Counted from the stretch's first letter, positions 23,643 to 36,795 are shown. The stretch is DNA of 64,000 nt from Mobula birostris (GCF_030028105.1 NC_092382.1:102021300-102085299), one strand, 5' to 3'. The notes: generated by a model from the sequence alone, not told the origin. Numbers and translations are program-made.

Positions 23643-23664
23643 ACAAATATGATTACATGATATA

Positions 23665-25267
23665 CAAATCCCATTTCCAGAAAAGTTGGGATATTTTCCA
23701 AAATGCAATAATAAACAAAAATCTGTGATATGTTAATTCACGCGAACATTTATTTAACTAAAAAAAAGTACAAAGAAAAGATTTTCAATAGTTTTACTGA
23801 CCAACTTACTTGTAATTTGTAAACATACACAAATTTAGAATTTAATGGCTGCAACAAACTCAACAAAAGTTGGGACAGAGGCATGTTTACCATTGTGTTA
23901 CAGCACTTTTTTTCTTTTAATAACACTTTTTAATCGTTTTGGAACTGAGGATACTAATTGTAGTAGATTTGCAATTGGAAATTTTGTCCATTCTTGCTTG
24001 ATATAAGACTTCAGCAGCTCAACAGTCCGTGGTCTCCGTTGTCTGATTCTCCTCTTCATGATGCGCCATACATTTTCAATAGGAGATAGATCTGGACTGG
24101 CAGCAGGCCGGTCAAGCACACGCACTCTTGTCTACAAGGCCACGCTGTTATAGCCCGTGCCGAATGTGGTCTGGCATTGTCCTGGTGAAATAAGCATGGA
24201 TGTCCCGGATGATACGTCGCCTTGATGGTAACGTACGTGTCCCTAAAATCCTAATATACGCCTCAGAGTCAATGGTACCTTCACATACATGCAACTCACC
24301 CATCCGTGGGCACTTATGCACCCCCATACCATCACAGATGCTGGCTTTTGCGCATTTCGCTGATAATAATCTGGATGGTCGTTTTCAACTTTGGCGCGGA
24401 GAACTCGACGCCCGTTTTTTCCGAAAACTAGCTGGAATGTGGACTCATCTGACCACAGCACACGTTTCCACAGTCTTTCGGTCCATCTGAGATGAGCTCG
24501 GGCCCAGAGAACTCGCCAGCATTTCTGCATAGAGTTGATGTTTGGCTTCCTCCTTGCGTAATACAGTTTCAAGTTGCATTTCTGGATGCAGCGACGGACT
24601 GTGTTCAGTGACAATTGTTTTCCGAAGTACTCCCGAGCCCAGGTGGCTATAATTGTCACAGTAGCATGACGGTTTCTTAGGCAGTGCCGCCTGAGGGCTC
24701 GAAGATCACGCGGATTCAACAGTGGTTTCCGACCTTGCCCTTTACGCACTGAGATGTCTCTGAATTCTCTGAATCTGTTCACAATATTATGTACTGTAGA
24801 TGTTGAAAGACCAAAATTCTCTTCAATCTTGCGTTGAGAAATGTTCCTTTTGAACTGACTAACAAGTCTCTCAGGAATTTTGGCACAAAGGGGTGAGCCA
24901 CGACCCATCCTTGCTTGCAAAGACTGAGCCTTTGATTGACGCTACTTTTATACCCAGTCATGATACCTCACCTGCTACCAATTAGCCTGTTTAATGTGGA
25001 GTCCTCCAATCCGGTGTTACTTGAATATTCTGTGCATTTCCAATCTTATTTTGACCCTGTCTCAACTTCTGTTGAGTGTGTTGCAACCATCAAATTCTAA
25101 ATGTGTGTATATTTACAAAATACAATTAAGTTGGTCAGTAAAACTATTAACAATCTTTCCTTTGAACTTTTGTCAGTTAAATAAAGGTTCACGTGAATTA
25201 ACATATCACAGATGTTTGTTTTTATTGCATTTTGGAATTATCCAAACTTTTCTGGAAATAGAGTTTG
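23665..25267 (-). mobile_element. Full-length Tc1 (DD34E) transposon, frameshifted transposase
   Basis: ~215-bp IR/DR TIRs, TA on both sides; transposase 24920-23898 with GRKP, WSDES, QDNARPH, SPDLSPIENVW. Confidence 0.92.
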
Positions 25268-25354
25268 TATATGTACAGTATTTGAAATATATCTTATGGA
25301 AACGTTTGATGATGAAGTTCTATATAAAAAATACAAAAAGTGCTGAAGATGAAA

Positions 25355-25889
25355 AAAGAATGGCTTCTACAACAGGAGGATGATCCTAAACACACCTCAA
25401 AATCCGCAACGGACTACTTCAAGAGGCGCACGATGAAGGATTTACCATGGCTTTTACAGTCCACCGAACTAAACATCATCCAAAATCTGTGGATAGACCT
25501 CAAAAGAGCAATGCATACAAGACGGCCCAAGAATTTCACAGAACTAGAAACCTTTTGCAATGTAGAATGGGCAAAAATCCCCCAAACAAGAATTGAAAGA
25601 CTTTTAGCTGCCTACAGAATGCGTTTAGACGCTACCACACTTGCCAAAGCGCCTGTTACAAAGTACTGACCATACAGGGTGCCCAAACGTTTGCTTCGGG
25701 CCCTCTTCCTTTCTGTTATTTTGAAACATTAAAATATGGAATTAAAAAAAGTAATCTTGCTTAAAATATTAAAGAAATGTGGCATCTTTAACATGATGCC
25801 TTTTGGAAATCAGGTCATCTTTTACTCGGTTATCTATTCACAGTAACAGAAATTTTGAGCAGGGGTGCCCAAACTTTTGCATACCGCTG
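25355..25889 (+). mobile_element. Tc1 3' half (second family)
   Basis: DDPKHTSKS..LNIIQNLW..TKY*; right TIR ending CTG-TA. Confidence 0.85.
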
Positions 25890-26109
25890 TATATGCATCA
25901 GGACCTCCGGCTGCTCACTCACCCACTTAAGAATCATTGAGAAGGAATGGTGTGCTGAGAGAAGAGGAAGGAAGGGGAGGAGAGTGGAGGCGACAGAACG
26001 GCTGTTCAGCTTGCAGCCGTTGGAGCAGAACGTGTGAGTCGCCATTTTCTTCCACCCTGTTTCTGACTGGAAGCTGTTTAAACACCAAAATCCCCTAACT
26101 ATGACTTTG

Positions 26110-26400
26110 AATCAGACACAGAGTAAATCTCCCTCCACACCGACCCATCGCACACACCCGGAGTAAGACACAGAATTAAGCTCCCTCCACACGGTCCCAT
26201 CACACACTCCCGGGCTCAGACATAGTGTGAAGCTCCCTCCACACTGTACCATCACACGTTCCCAGGTGTCGGATACAGAGCGCAGCTCTCTCCTCACCAT
26301 CCGAAAATCCACTCCCTTGTTTACACAAACAGTGAAGCTCACAACATATTGTCCCATCACCCTCCCGCGGTCAGATATTTGAAGTACACCCGCACCATCG
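26110..26400. repeat. 52-bp minisatellite, C-rich on +
   Basis: About 5 degenerate copies. Confidence 0.85.
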
Positions 26401-26465
26401 CAGCACACTCTGCTGGTATCAGAAAATGTGCGCAGTTCCCACCCGCCGCCGCTCTCCCCACTCAC

Positions 26466-26770
26466 CAATACCCAGCGCTTCGGCGTTCCAGTAGTCTCGA
26501 ACTGTGTGTGTCTCTCGGAGATGGTGTCTGTGTGTGTGTGACCGGATGGTGTGCTGCGTGAACGGGAAGGGGAAGGAAGGGGAGGAGAGAGGAGGCCAGG
26601 GAAGGGGTTGTGAGATTGCAGATACTGATGCAAATGGTGTGGAACCACGTGACCGGCCTGTGCATGCAGAGCTTGGAGAGGCTCAGAGCCTGGCGATAGA
26701 TATTCGGTGGAAGGGGGAAGTGTATCACCACACGTCATTTCTCCCTCAGACTTCCCACAATTGCCGCTGA
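26466..26770 (-). promoter_or_regulatory. Putative distal promoter + non-coding first exon (paralog of 58600-58803)
   Basis: GTGAGT donor after 26466; octamer 26628-35, RUNX-like/E-box 26643-51, plus ETS, RUNX, CRE-half and TGTGGGAA motifs 26705-26760. Confidence 0.5.
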
Positions 26771-27184
26771 ACACAGAAAGGGAGGCGCGTGGGACGGATT
26801 GAAGGGTTTTACTGGATGGATCGTGTCATGGCGACGGAGTGGGCGGTAAGGAAGGTAGGGAATGTGTGCAGGAGAGGCAATGGGTCACGGAGTATGGTAC
26901 GTTTAAAGGAAGGGAGGAGTGACGGAGACGGGAGTAGTGTAGTGCAGGGAGTATGTGAGGGGGACGAGGAGTAGTGCAGAAGAGGGAGAGTTGGACAGAT
27001 TCCGGGTGGGGGGTGTTTGCCGAGGGAGGGTTCTATGCATACAGGGAGGAGGGTTTCCGTATGACTGTGAATGGCCTGACTCTGGGTCAGTATCTCTCAG
27101 TGGTGAGGTTCTGCTACGGTGCAACGTCTCGTTGTGTCGGTGTCACGATGCGGGCGTGTTCGTGTCACGACGGGGGAGGGGGGA

Positions 27185-29410
27185 GGGGTGATGAACTGAG
27201 AGCTTGGATACATACATGGAATTGTGACGTAGTGGCCATTACCGAGCCTCGGCTGGCACCAGAGCAGGAATGGGTTCTCAATATCCCTGGATTTCAGTGC
27301 TTTTAACAGGATGGGGGCGGGGCGCGGGGATTGAAGAGGAGTAGGGGTGGCATTACTGGTCGGGATACCACTACAGCTACAGGAAGGGTGGGTAATAGAG
27401 CACGATCCTCTTTTGAGTCAGTATGGGTGGAACTCAGGAACAGGAAGGGAGCAGTTACTCTATTGGGAGTATTCTATAGGCTCCCTGTTAGCAGCAGAGA
27501 TACCGCGGAGCAGATTGGGAGACAGATTTTGGGAAGGTGCAAAAATAACAGGGATTTTACCTTGTGTGTCTTTCACTTCCCGAATATTTGTTTGGCACCT
27601 GGTTAGTTCCAATGTTTAGACGGGGCAGAGTTTGTTGAGTGTGTCCAGGACGGATTCCTCTCACAGTATGTCGACAGCCCGACTCGGGTGAATACCGTAC
27701 TAGATCTAGTACTAGGTAACGAACCGGGTCTGGTCACAGATCTCTCAGTGGGTGAGCATCTGGCGGACAGTGAGCACCGCTCGAGGCCTTTAAAATAATC
27801 ATGGAAAAAGATAGAATCACAGAGGGCAGGAAAAATCTTAATTGGGGAAGGGCGCATTATGAGGCTATAAGGCTAATCCTTGAGGCTGTGAATTAGGATG
27901 ATGTTTTTGCAGGAAAATGTACGATGGACACGTGGTCGATGTTTAGGGATCTCTTTCAGGATGTTAAGAACAAATTTGTCCCGGTGAGGAAGATAAAGAG
28001 TGGTAGGGTGAAGGAACCATGGGTGACAAGTGAGGTGGATAATCTAGTCAGGTGGAAGAAGGCAGCATACATGAGGCTTAGGAAACAAGGCTTAGATGGG
28101 TCTATTGAGGAATATAGGGAAGCATTAAAGGAGCTGAAGAAGGGGCTGAGGAGAGCAAGAAGTGGGCATGAGAAGGCCTTGGCGAGTACGGTAAAGGAAA
28201 ACCCAAAGGCATTCTTCAATTATGTGAAGAAGAAAAGGAGGACAGGAGTGAAGGTAGGACCGCTGAGGAATAAAAGTGTGAAATATACCTGCAGGCTGTG
28301 GAATTGAGCGAGACCCTCAATGAATACTTTTCTTCGGTATTCACCAATTAGAGGGAACTTGATGACGGTGAGGACAATATGAGTTAGGTTGATGTTTCGC
28401 AGCATGTTGATATTAAGGGCGAAGAGGTGTTGGAGTTGTTAAAATACTTTAGGACGTATAAGCCACCGGGGCCTGATGGAATATTCCCCAGGCTGCTTCA
28501 CGAGGCGAGGGAAGAGATTGCTGAATCTCTGGCTAGGATCTTTATATTCTCGTTCTCCACGAGAATGGTACCGTGGATTGGAGGGAGGCGAATGTTGTCC
28601 CCTTGTTTAAAAAAGTTAGGAAGGATATTCAGAGTAATGATAGAGCAGTGAGCCTTACGTCTGTGGTGGGAAAGCTGTTGGAAAAGATCCTTAGAGATAG
28701 GATCTACGGGGATTTAGAGAAACATCGTCTGAGCAGGAACTGTCAGAATGGATTTATGAAGGGCAAATCGTGTCTAACAAGCCTGATAGAGTTCTTTGAG
28801 GAGGTGACCATGCATGTAGATGAGGGTAGTGCAGTGGATGTGATCTATATGGATTTTAGTAAGTCATTTGACAAGGTTCCACACGGTAGGCTTATTCAGA
28901 AAGTTAGAAGGCATGGGATCCAGGGAAGTTTGGCCAGGTGGATTCAGAATTGGCTTGCCTACGGAAGGCAGAGGGTGGTGGTGGAGGGAGTACTTTCAGA
29001 TTGGAGGTTTGTGACTAGTGGTTTCCTACAAGGATCGGTTCTGGGACTTCTATTTTTCGTGATTTTAATTAACGACCTGGATGTGGGGGTAGAAGGGAGG
29101 GTTGGCAAGCTTTCAGACGGCACGAAAGGTTGGTGGTGCTGTGGATAGTGTAGTGGATTGACGAAGATTGCAGAGAGACATTGATAGGATGCAGAAGTGG
29201 TCTGAGAAGTGGCAGATGGAGTTCAACCCAGAGAAGTGTGAGGTGGTATACTTTGGAAGGACAAACTTCAAGACAGACTACAAAGTAAATGGAAGGATAC
29301 TTGGTTTTGTGGAGGAGCAGAAGGATCTGGAGGAACATGTTCAGAGATCCCTGAAAGATGCCTCGCAGGTAGATAGGGTAGTTAAGAAAGCTTATAGAGT
29401 GTTTTATTTC
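27185..29410 (+). mobile_element. CR1 ORF2 (EN-RT), degenerate
   Basis: ESVWVELRN, PGPDGIFPRLL, YMDFSKSFDKVPH, QMEFNPEKCEV. Confidence 0.9.
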
Positions 29411-29439
29411 TTCAGTCGACGTCCGTCTCCCTGCAATCC

Positions 29440-30420
29440 CTGCTCACCCACGTGACTGTTAAAGAGTCAGTTAAAAGCCTCTGTGGATCTCCTTCCACCA
29501 CCAGCGCTGGGAGCACCTTCCAATCACCCAGCAGCTCTGTGAAAAAAAAAATCTTGCCAAACTTATCTCCTTTGAACCTACCCCCCTCTCGCCTTAATCC
29601 GGGCCGTCTGGCATTAGATAATTCCACCCTGGAGGTAAAAGGTACACGCTGTCTGGTCTATTTGCGTCTCATTGTGATGTAAACCTCAATACGAAACTAA
29701 ACCCAAGGTCACACCTACGCTTTTCTATAATAACCTCGTATCCAATGGCATTACCTTCACTGGATGCAAAGCGGCCCCCTGCACAAACTTCTGTTCCCTG
29801 CTTTGTCCCATTCCGTACGATGAGATCAAGTATTGCACTCTCTCGTTGGGACTTCATACGCACTGATTAAGGAAACTGTCTTGAAAACATTGGACAAACT
29901 AACCCACAGGTCCTTTCACAGTATCAGGATCACAGTCAATGCCCAGAAAGTTAAAATCACCCAGTATCATAACCTGATGTCATTTGCAACAGTCTGCGAA
30001 ATTTCTACAGATTTATTCCTCTAAATCCCCGGGAATTTTAGGCGGTCGATAATGCCGCCCCCATGAACGAGTTAATGCCTTTCTTACTCCTCAGGCCCAC
30101 CTTAAGGCCTCTCCTGGACTAGTTCCTCAGTCTGTCCGAACTGAGCGCAGCCGTGATGTTTTCCCCGACGAGTAAAGCAGCCCCTCAGCCTAAATTATAT
30201 ATGCCTTAGCACGACTCTAAACAGCGGTAAGCTGGAAGGCTGAACTAACAGACTTGCCTGCCCTGCAACCAACCGTTACTAATGGCTAAAATATCATGCC
30301 TCCAGGCGTAGATCCCTGCCCTGAGCTTTTCTGTCTTTCGGACAATAGCTCCAGCATTGAGACGTACGCAGAACACGAGTCTCAGCAGGCTTACCCTTTT
30401 GCTTACTAAAGTTGTTGAGC
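29440..30420 (-). mobile_element. Old CR1 fragments
   Basis: RESAILDLIV; LRAGIYAWRHDILAIS. Confidence 0.6.
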
Positions 30421-30702
30421 TCTGATCAACATATGACCCATCTGACTCCACTATCTGTTATGCCATTCTGGTTTTCATCCCCTGCAACTCCCCACCGACA
30501 CATTTTTAATGACAAACCTTCCCACTGGGATATAAAGTTGCTCGCTGGACCACGAAACCATGGAGCTGCACAGCGTGCGGGGGGGCGGGGGAGAGGGTGG
30601 TGTCTCGGCCTCCAGATCTGTGACTGTGCTGCCCCCCAGTGTTCGTTCGGCAGATGACAAGCGATGTTGTGGCAGATTGCCGATTTCGAAGTCAAATTAC
30701 GT

Positions 30703-30921
30703 NNNNNNNNNNNNNNNNNNNNNNNNNNNNNNNNNNNNNNNNNNNNNNNNNNNNNNNNNNNNNNNNNNNNNNNNNNNNNNNNNNNNNNNNNNNNNNNNNN
30801 NNNNNNNNNNNNNNNNNNNNNNNNNNNNNNNNNNNNNNNNNNNNNNNNNNNNNNNNNNNNNNNNNNNNNNNNNNNNNNNNNNNNNNNNNNNNNNNNNNNN
30901 NNNNNNNNNNNNNNNNNNNNN
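30703..30921. other. Assembly gap (219 N)
   Basis: Run of N. Confidence 1.
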
Positions 30922-32619
30922 GTGTGTGCGCTCGCGCGTGTGCAAATATTGCGTGAATATATTCAACTGATCTACTACATGTCCTTTCAATCTTTCTATT
31001 TTTGTGAATTCTATATTATTTGTGATTTGTGATTTGTGCCGTGTGCGACCCTTGGTATTATATTTTGCAGCTTGGTCCTGGCTGTATTCATGGCTATTCA
31101 TGTATGACGGAAATAGGATGAAACAGAAATTGAATTGAATGAAACCGTCTCGTCCTGTAGAGGTCGCACCTTCCATGGAAGAGAGCCCAATGATCCACAT
31201 ATCTGAAGCCCTCATTCCGACACCAATTCTTTAGCCCCTTGTTAAATTGAATTTTGTTTCTATTTCTGCAACACCTGCACATGCAGAACTTTACAGAACT
31301 GCCTCCCTCTTCCTACCAATGCACAGGACCGAGAGATCGATATCCGATTCTGGGGGCGAAGGGTGATGTAACACCACAGTCACCGGTTCGTCTTCCTCCC
31401 CACAATCCAAATGTACTCGAGAGGGAGGAGTGTAGCAGAGGGAGACGGTTGATGGAACCGTGGAGGGCTGCAGTAAATGGAGTGAGTCAGGGAGACGGGG
31501 AGAATAAGTTGGGGAAGGATGAGATAACGTAGACGACACGGGTGTAGGGGACGGATCGGTGATGGAGACGGATTGTGTTGAAGAGGAAGCTGATGACGGA
31601 AACGGGGCGGGGTAGGAGATGACGTAGCTGCAGGTGATGAGGTTGGACGCCGGGGAAAGAGGATTGACAACGAGGGGAGTTGTAGGGGACGAAGAGGCTG
31701 ATGGAGACAGGGAAGGATGCATGACTCCTGGTGGTAACAGAGACTGGCGGTGTGGAGAAGAGCGAGGGTGTCATGGAGACGGGCAAGAGTGAAAGGAAAT
31801 GATAGGTTGACGAGACCGGGAAGTGGTGCAGATGAGAGAGGGATTGATAGAGTCGGCGGAGGAGAAGAATAGGTGAAGAAGGGGTGTCTGACATGGGTAG
31901 CGATGCAGAGGAGGGAGTGGGTCACAGAGATGGGGAGAATTTTACCCGTGGGATGGGGTGACGTAAACTGGTTATGCTGTCGGGGTGGGAGGAGATGACG
32001 GAGACGTGGAGGGATGCAGGTGAGTACGTACACGAGTTGGAAAGTCACATTGCAGTTGAACAAGACGTCGGCGAGGGACAGATTGTTCGGCACAGCTCGC
32101 CCCCTTCTCTTCTGTGACCTCTGTTCGAAGGTAGATGTAAGAATCATCCTTCAGGTTGGTGAACCCTCACATGGCATCAGGTTCCGAAAGTGTACTCGGT
32201 AGGATACTGAAAACATTTGTCGATCAACAGGCTGGATTGTCCACGGAGTCAGTAGTGAGGAGGGAAATACAAAGGAAGCACTCATTTCCAGAGCAAGAAT
32301 TTAATTTTACGGCACTGATCAGACATTATTTGGAGTACTGTGAGCAGATTTCCGCCTTTTACATAATCCAGCCAGATGTGCTTACATTGGACAGGTTTGA
32401 TAGAAGGTTCCGGACAAGGATGTTAGCACCTCAGTGGATCTGTCTAGGGCCCAACATATTCATGTAAACAAGAAGGTGTCATGCCCCGCATTGTGGTCAG
32501 CTGCTGCTTTCCTTTTCAGCCTCAGACTGCCAATTATTGCCTGTCAGATAATTTCCCGGAATTTCTGCAGTTAAAGGCCTGCGCACCATCCCAAACACCC
32601 ATAGCTCTCTCGTTACAGA

Positions 32620-32990
32620 AGGGATTACAACGTCAGGAGTTTGAGAAGATTTGGTCTTTCATTGAGAACTCGCAAATGATCGCTGGGAGCATTCTGGCTT
32701 GTCTCATCGCCGCCTGGTGTGGAGGCTGCAACGCACAAGGTCACCAGAGGCGGCAGTGGAGAGTAAACTCAACCAGCTCCATCACGTGAACAAAACTCCC
32801 CAGCATCGAGGACATCCTCAAGATGCGATACCTGGAGAGGGCGGCGTCCATCAATGAGGCCGAGCACCCCGGGACAAGCTCCCTGCTCATTACTAACAGC
32901 CCAGCGGGGAAGAGGCACAGGAGTCTGAAATCTCACGGATTCAGGAACCCCTTTTCACCCTGCTCCATCATAATCTTGAATGGATGAGCA
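32620..32990 (+). mobile_element. Rex1/Babar-like 3' fragment
   Basis: SILACLIAAWCGGCNAQ..SSIT..LPSIEDI. Confidence 0.65.
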
Positions 32991-33437
32991 CCAACTCGAC
33001 ATTATTAGCGGTAATTAGCGTCTTTTTTTTGTTTTACATTTTACAAACCTTGTACATTAATCTTACAAGTTTGAGCCCCACTGATCCTTCAAAAAATCAA
33101 ATCTCATGTGGTACACGTCACAGAATATATAAAAACAGACCGTGAATCCGGTGGAAAACACGCGATACAGGTGGACAGACACCTGACACGCTGACCGTCA
33201 TCAGTCAGGACACTGAGTACGGGAGTCGGAGGTCACGTTGCAGTTGTACAAGACGTCGGTGAGGCCGCACTTGGAGTACGGTGTTCAGTTTGGGTCGTCC
33301 TGCTGTACAGAAAGATGCCACTGAGCTGGAAAGACTGTAGAGGGAGATTTCCGAGGATGCTGCCGGGACACGAGGGACTGAGTTATGGAAGCGAATAGGT
33401 GCACTCTATTTCCCCAGGGATGGGGGTATTGAGAACA

Positions 33438-34011
33438 TTAGGGCACAAGATTGAGTTGAGAGTAGCTGAAAAGAAAAAAGGTAGAGAGAGAGGGAGTAGC
33501 TAAACCAAAGAATGGAATGGGGAGGGAGGGGTAGAGAGGGAGTAGAGAAATACGGGAGAGAATGTGAAGAGATGGGAGAAGAGTTGTGGGGAAAGGAGCC
33601 AGAAAGCGAGGAGAAATAAAATGGAGATGCAATAGGTGAGGTGGGAGGGGAGGAAGATGAGAGAGAGGGTTTAGAGGGACGACGGTAAAGGGATAGAGGA
33701 ATGGCGAGTAAGAGTGCGATAGAAGGAAATAAGAGAGTTGGGTTGGGGCGAGGGACAGAGAGGAAGCAGTACTGAGAGTCGGGAACAGAGATCGGCGAGA
33801 AAGAGGATGTTCCCATTTGATTAAAGTCGGCCCCTTGGGCTGTTGACAGAGGTCCGGTATCATACCAGGAATATCAGGGTACAAAGGTGCAGGCTTCTCA
33901 CAGATGAAACGGTGTTGATCATTACTGCAACTCGGAAACCAACCGGGTTTCCATTCACTGCATTCGAACTTTCCACCGTTCATTTTGTACACGACGTCAG
34001 AGGCCACTCTC
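33438..34011 (-). pseudogene. Orphan exon 8 (CTLD C-terminal half), stop changed to TGG
   Basis: gacag acceptor; RVASDVVYKMNGGKFECSEWKPGWFPSCSNDQHRFICEKPAPLYPDIPGMIPDLCQQPKGPTLIK; TGG at 33813-15, then reads through to 33438. Confidence 0.8.
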
Positions 34012-34039
34012 CTGTCAATGAGGGGTAAACAACTTCATA

Positions 34040-35250
34040 AGGGACAACCCTGTGTCAGTCCCCAAAATCACTGAACTCTCCCTTACCAGTGACCCGTGGC
34101 AGGCCCCAAAATCTCCCACTACCACACCGTCCCAGCACAGTCCTGTGTCAGTCTCCAGTAAACTCCCACTGACCCACTCTCTCCCTTCAGACCTGCTATA
34201 GTCCCCATATTAATCCCTTGCCCCACCCTGTCTCCACAGACCGGTGTCAGACACCAGAATAATCACAGTACCAGTATAATCATACACCCTTACGGTTGAC
34301 CTGTGGCAGACCCGAAAATCTCCCACTACTCTAACGTCCCAGCACAGTCCTGTGTCAGTCTCCAGAAAACTCTCACTGACCCACTCTCTCCCTGCAGACC
34401 TGCATCAGTCCCCAAAGTAGTGCCTTGCCCCACCCTGTCCCCAGAGACCGGTGTCAGACACCAGGATGATCACAGTACCCGACCTTCTCCCGACGGTCCC
34501 GTGCCGTTCCCCAAAATATCCGTACAGCGCCACTCTCTTCCCAAGGCCCTATGTCAGTCCCCAAAATACTCCCACTGTCTCACTGTCTACCACAGGCCTG
34601 CTTTATATCGTAAAATAGTCAGACTTCCCATTCTCACCCCACAGATCTGTGTAAATCCCCAAAGTGCACCCACTGCCTCACTCTCTCCGCACAGCCCAGT
34701 GTCGTTCCCCAAAATACTCGCACTTCCCACTCTCACCGCACAGACGTGTGCCAGTCCCCGACATAATCCCACTGCCCAACCATCTCCCTATAGACCTGTC
34801 AGAAACCAACACACTCCCACTTCCCACTCTTTTCCCACAGACCTCTGTCAATGCCCAAATCAATCCCACTGATAAATTCTGTCTCCACAGATCTGTGTCA
34901 GTCATAAAGTACTCCCACTACCTTATCCTCCCCCACAACCGGTGTCAGTTCCCAAAAGAGCCCCGCATCTCCACTCTCTCCCCACGGCCCAGTGCCTGTC
35001 ACCAAAATAATCTCACTGCCCAACTTTCTACATACAGATTTCTGTTATCACCAAAACACTCCCGCTTCCCACTCTCTTCCCACAGTCCACGTCAGTCCCC
35101 AAATTCATTCAACGACACACACTCCACCGACAGCCTGTGTCGGGTCCCAAAATAATGCAATTGCCCACTCTCCCACCACAGACCTGTGTCTCCCAAATTA
35201 ATCTCAGTACCGCATTCCATCTACACGGTGTTACACTGACACATCTCCTC
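34040..35250. repeat. Degenerate ~45-bp repeat (intron 7 type)
   Basis: CCCAAAATAATCCCACTGCCCACTCTCCCCACAGACCTGTGTCAGT-like; also at 740-1040, 4000-4250, 15980-16330, 37760-38700. Confidence 0.8.
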
Positions 35251-35263
35251 CCAACAGACCTCT

Positions 35264-36560
35264 TGTTGCAAAGGTGGGCGTTAACGGCGGACCCAAATGC
35301 AAGACACAGACACTGAAGTACTAGGAATAGGACCTGACTAGAGTAGGGACGTGACAGGGTGCAGACACGGAGCAGGGACAAGAGCGCAGATTTGGGCTAA
35401 GACAGGGACAAAACAGGGAACCCGGATAACGAACTGTGCACTAGGAGACTGGGCTTAGGCTCCGAGTTAAAGCCTGGACAAGGACACAGAACCCGGGACT
35501 TGCCTCGGGCTCGGGCCCCTGAACTGGGCAAGGACATGACATGACTGCAGGACACAGGCTGGGGTCTTGAAGCTGAGCTAGGAGACAGACTGGGGTCTTG
35601 AGGCCTGAGCTTAGAGACAGGCTGGGGTCTTGAGGCTTGAGATTGGAGATAGGTTGGGGTCTTGAGGCCTGAGCTGGGAGACAGGCTGGGGTTTTGAGGC
35701 TTCAGCTTGGAGACAGGCTTGAGCCCTGAGGCCTGAGCTTGGAGACAGGCTGGGGTCTTGAGGCCTGAGCTTGGAGACAGGCTGGGGACTTGAGGCCTGA
35801 GCTTGGAGACAGGCTGGGGACTTGAGGCCTGAGCTTGGAGACAGGCTGGGTTCTTCAGGCCTGAGCTTGGAGACAGGCTGGGGTCTTGAGGCCTGAGCTT
35901 GGAGACAGGCTGGGGTCTTCAGGCCTGAGCTTGGAGACAGGCTGGGGTCTTGAGGCCTGAGCTTGGAGACAGGCTGGGGCACTGAGGCCTGAGCTTGGAG
36001 ACAGGCTGGGGTCTTGAGGCCTGAGCTTGGAGACAGGCTTGGGGTCTTGAGGCCTAAGCTTGGAGACAGGCTGGGGTCTTGAGGCTTGAGATTGGAGATA
36101 GGTTGGGGTCTTGGGTCTTGATGCTGGAGGCTGCAGCCTGGGGTCCTGAGTCTTGGAATGTGGAGGTCGCTAACTCGGAGGCCACAGCTCGGAGACAGAC
36201 TGGGAACTGTACATCAACATAGAGCCTGGAATTATCCTCCGAAAAGCCGGGGATCATCTTTAACACGACACTAACATGAGACAGGACAGTACACAGACTT
36301 AGAGCTGGGACTTATTCCTAGACAAGCCGGGACTCAAATTTATCTCCACACCAATGTGGAACAGGTCCATCCGTAGGTTAACTGTAGAACGGCCGGAGTT
36401 ACCTAACAGAGGCAAAGCCAAGACAAGACAAGACCGGAAAACAACACCCCACCCCGCCCCCCACGCATGGCAACGGCAGAATGCCTCACTTACCCCACGA
36501 AAGCGAGGACAAGACAAGACAGATCTCCCTGTCGCGCACGTCAGAACTGCCTGACTTACT
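35264..36560. mobile_element. LTR-like element containing a tandem array
   Basis: TGTT start, GGACCCAAATGCA motif, abrupt insertion boundary; family not identifiable by eye. Confidence 0.4.
35555..36110. repeat. 32-bp minisatellite
   Basis: GAGGCCTGAGCTTGGAGACAGGCTGGGGTCTT, about 17 copies. Confidence 0.95.
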
Positions 36561-36564
36561 CCAG

Positions 36565-36795
36565 TCCGACGGGCACATCCCTCCCTACCATCGAGGACAT
36601 TTAAAAGAGGCGATGCCTCGAGAAGGCGCCGTCCATCACTGAGGACCCTCCCCACTCGGGGAAACTGTCTGCTCGTTATTACCATCGGGGAGGAGTCACA
36701 TGAGTGTAAACACCCACGCACAACATCCAGGAACCAGCTTCTGCCCCTGCGCCGTCCCATCTTTGAACGCAAGAACATTTTTGCTGTGTTTATTA
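36565..36795 (+). mobile_element. Rex1-like 3' fragment carrying candidate gene B polyA signal
   Basis: SLPTIEDIFKRRCLEKA; minus-strand AATAAA at 36789-36794. Confidence 0.6.

Noticed and set aside
30560-31215. ORFs spanning the N run
   Set aside because: Artefacts of the assembly gap.
31291-31420. Possible extra exon (YIWIVGRK after a pyrimidine tract)
   Set aside because: No convincing homology to the receptor exons, early stop and no clear donor.
35555-36110. Ig switch-like region (GAGCT and GGGGT pentamers in the 32-mer)
   Set aside because: The G-rich strand is the template strand for gene B, opposite to switch regions, and the array sits inside an LTR-like insertion.
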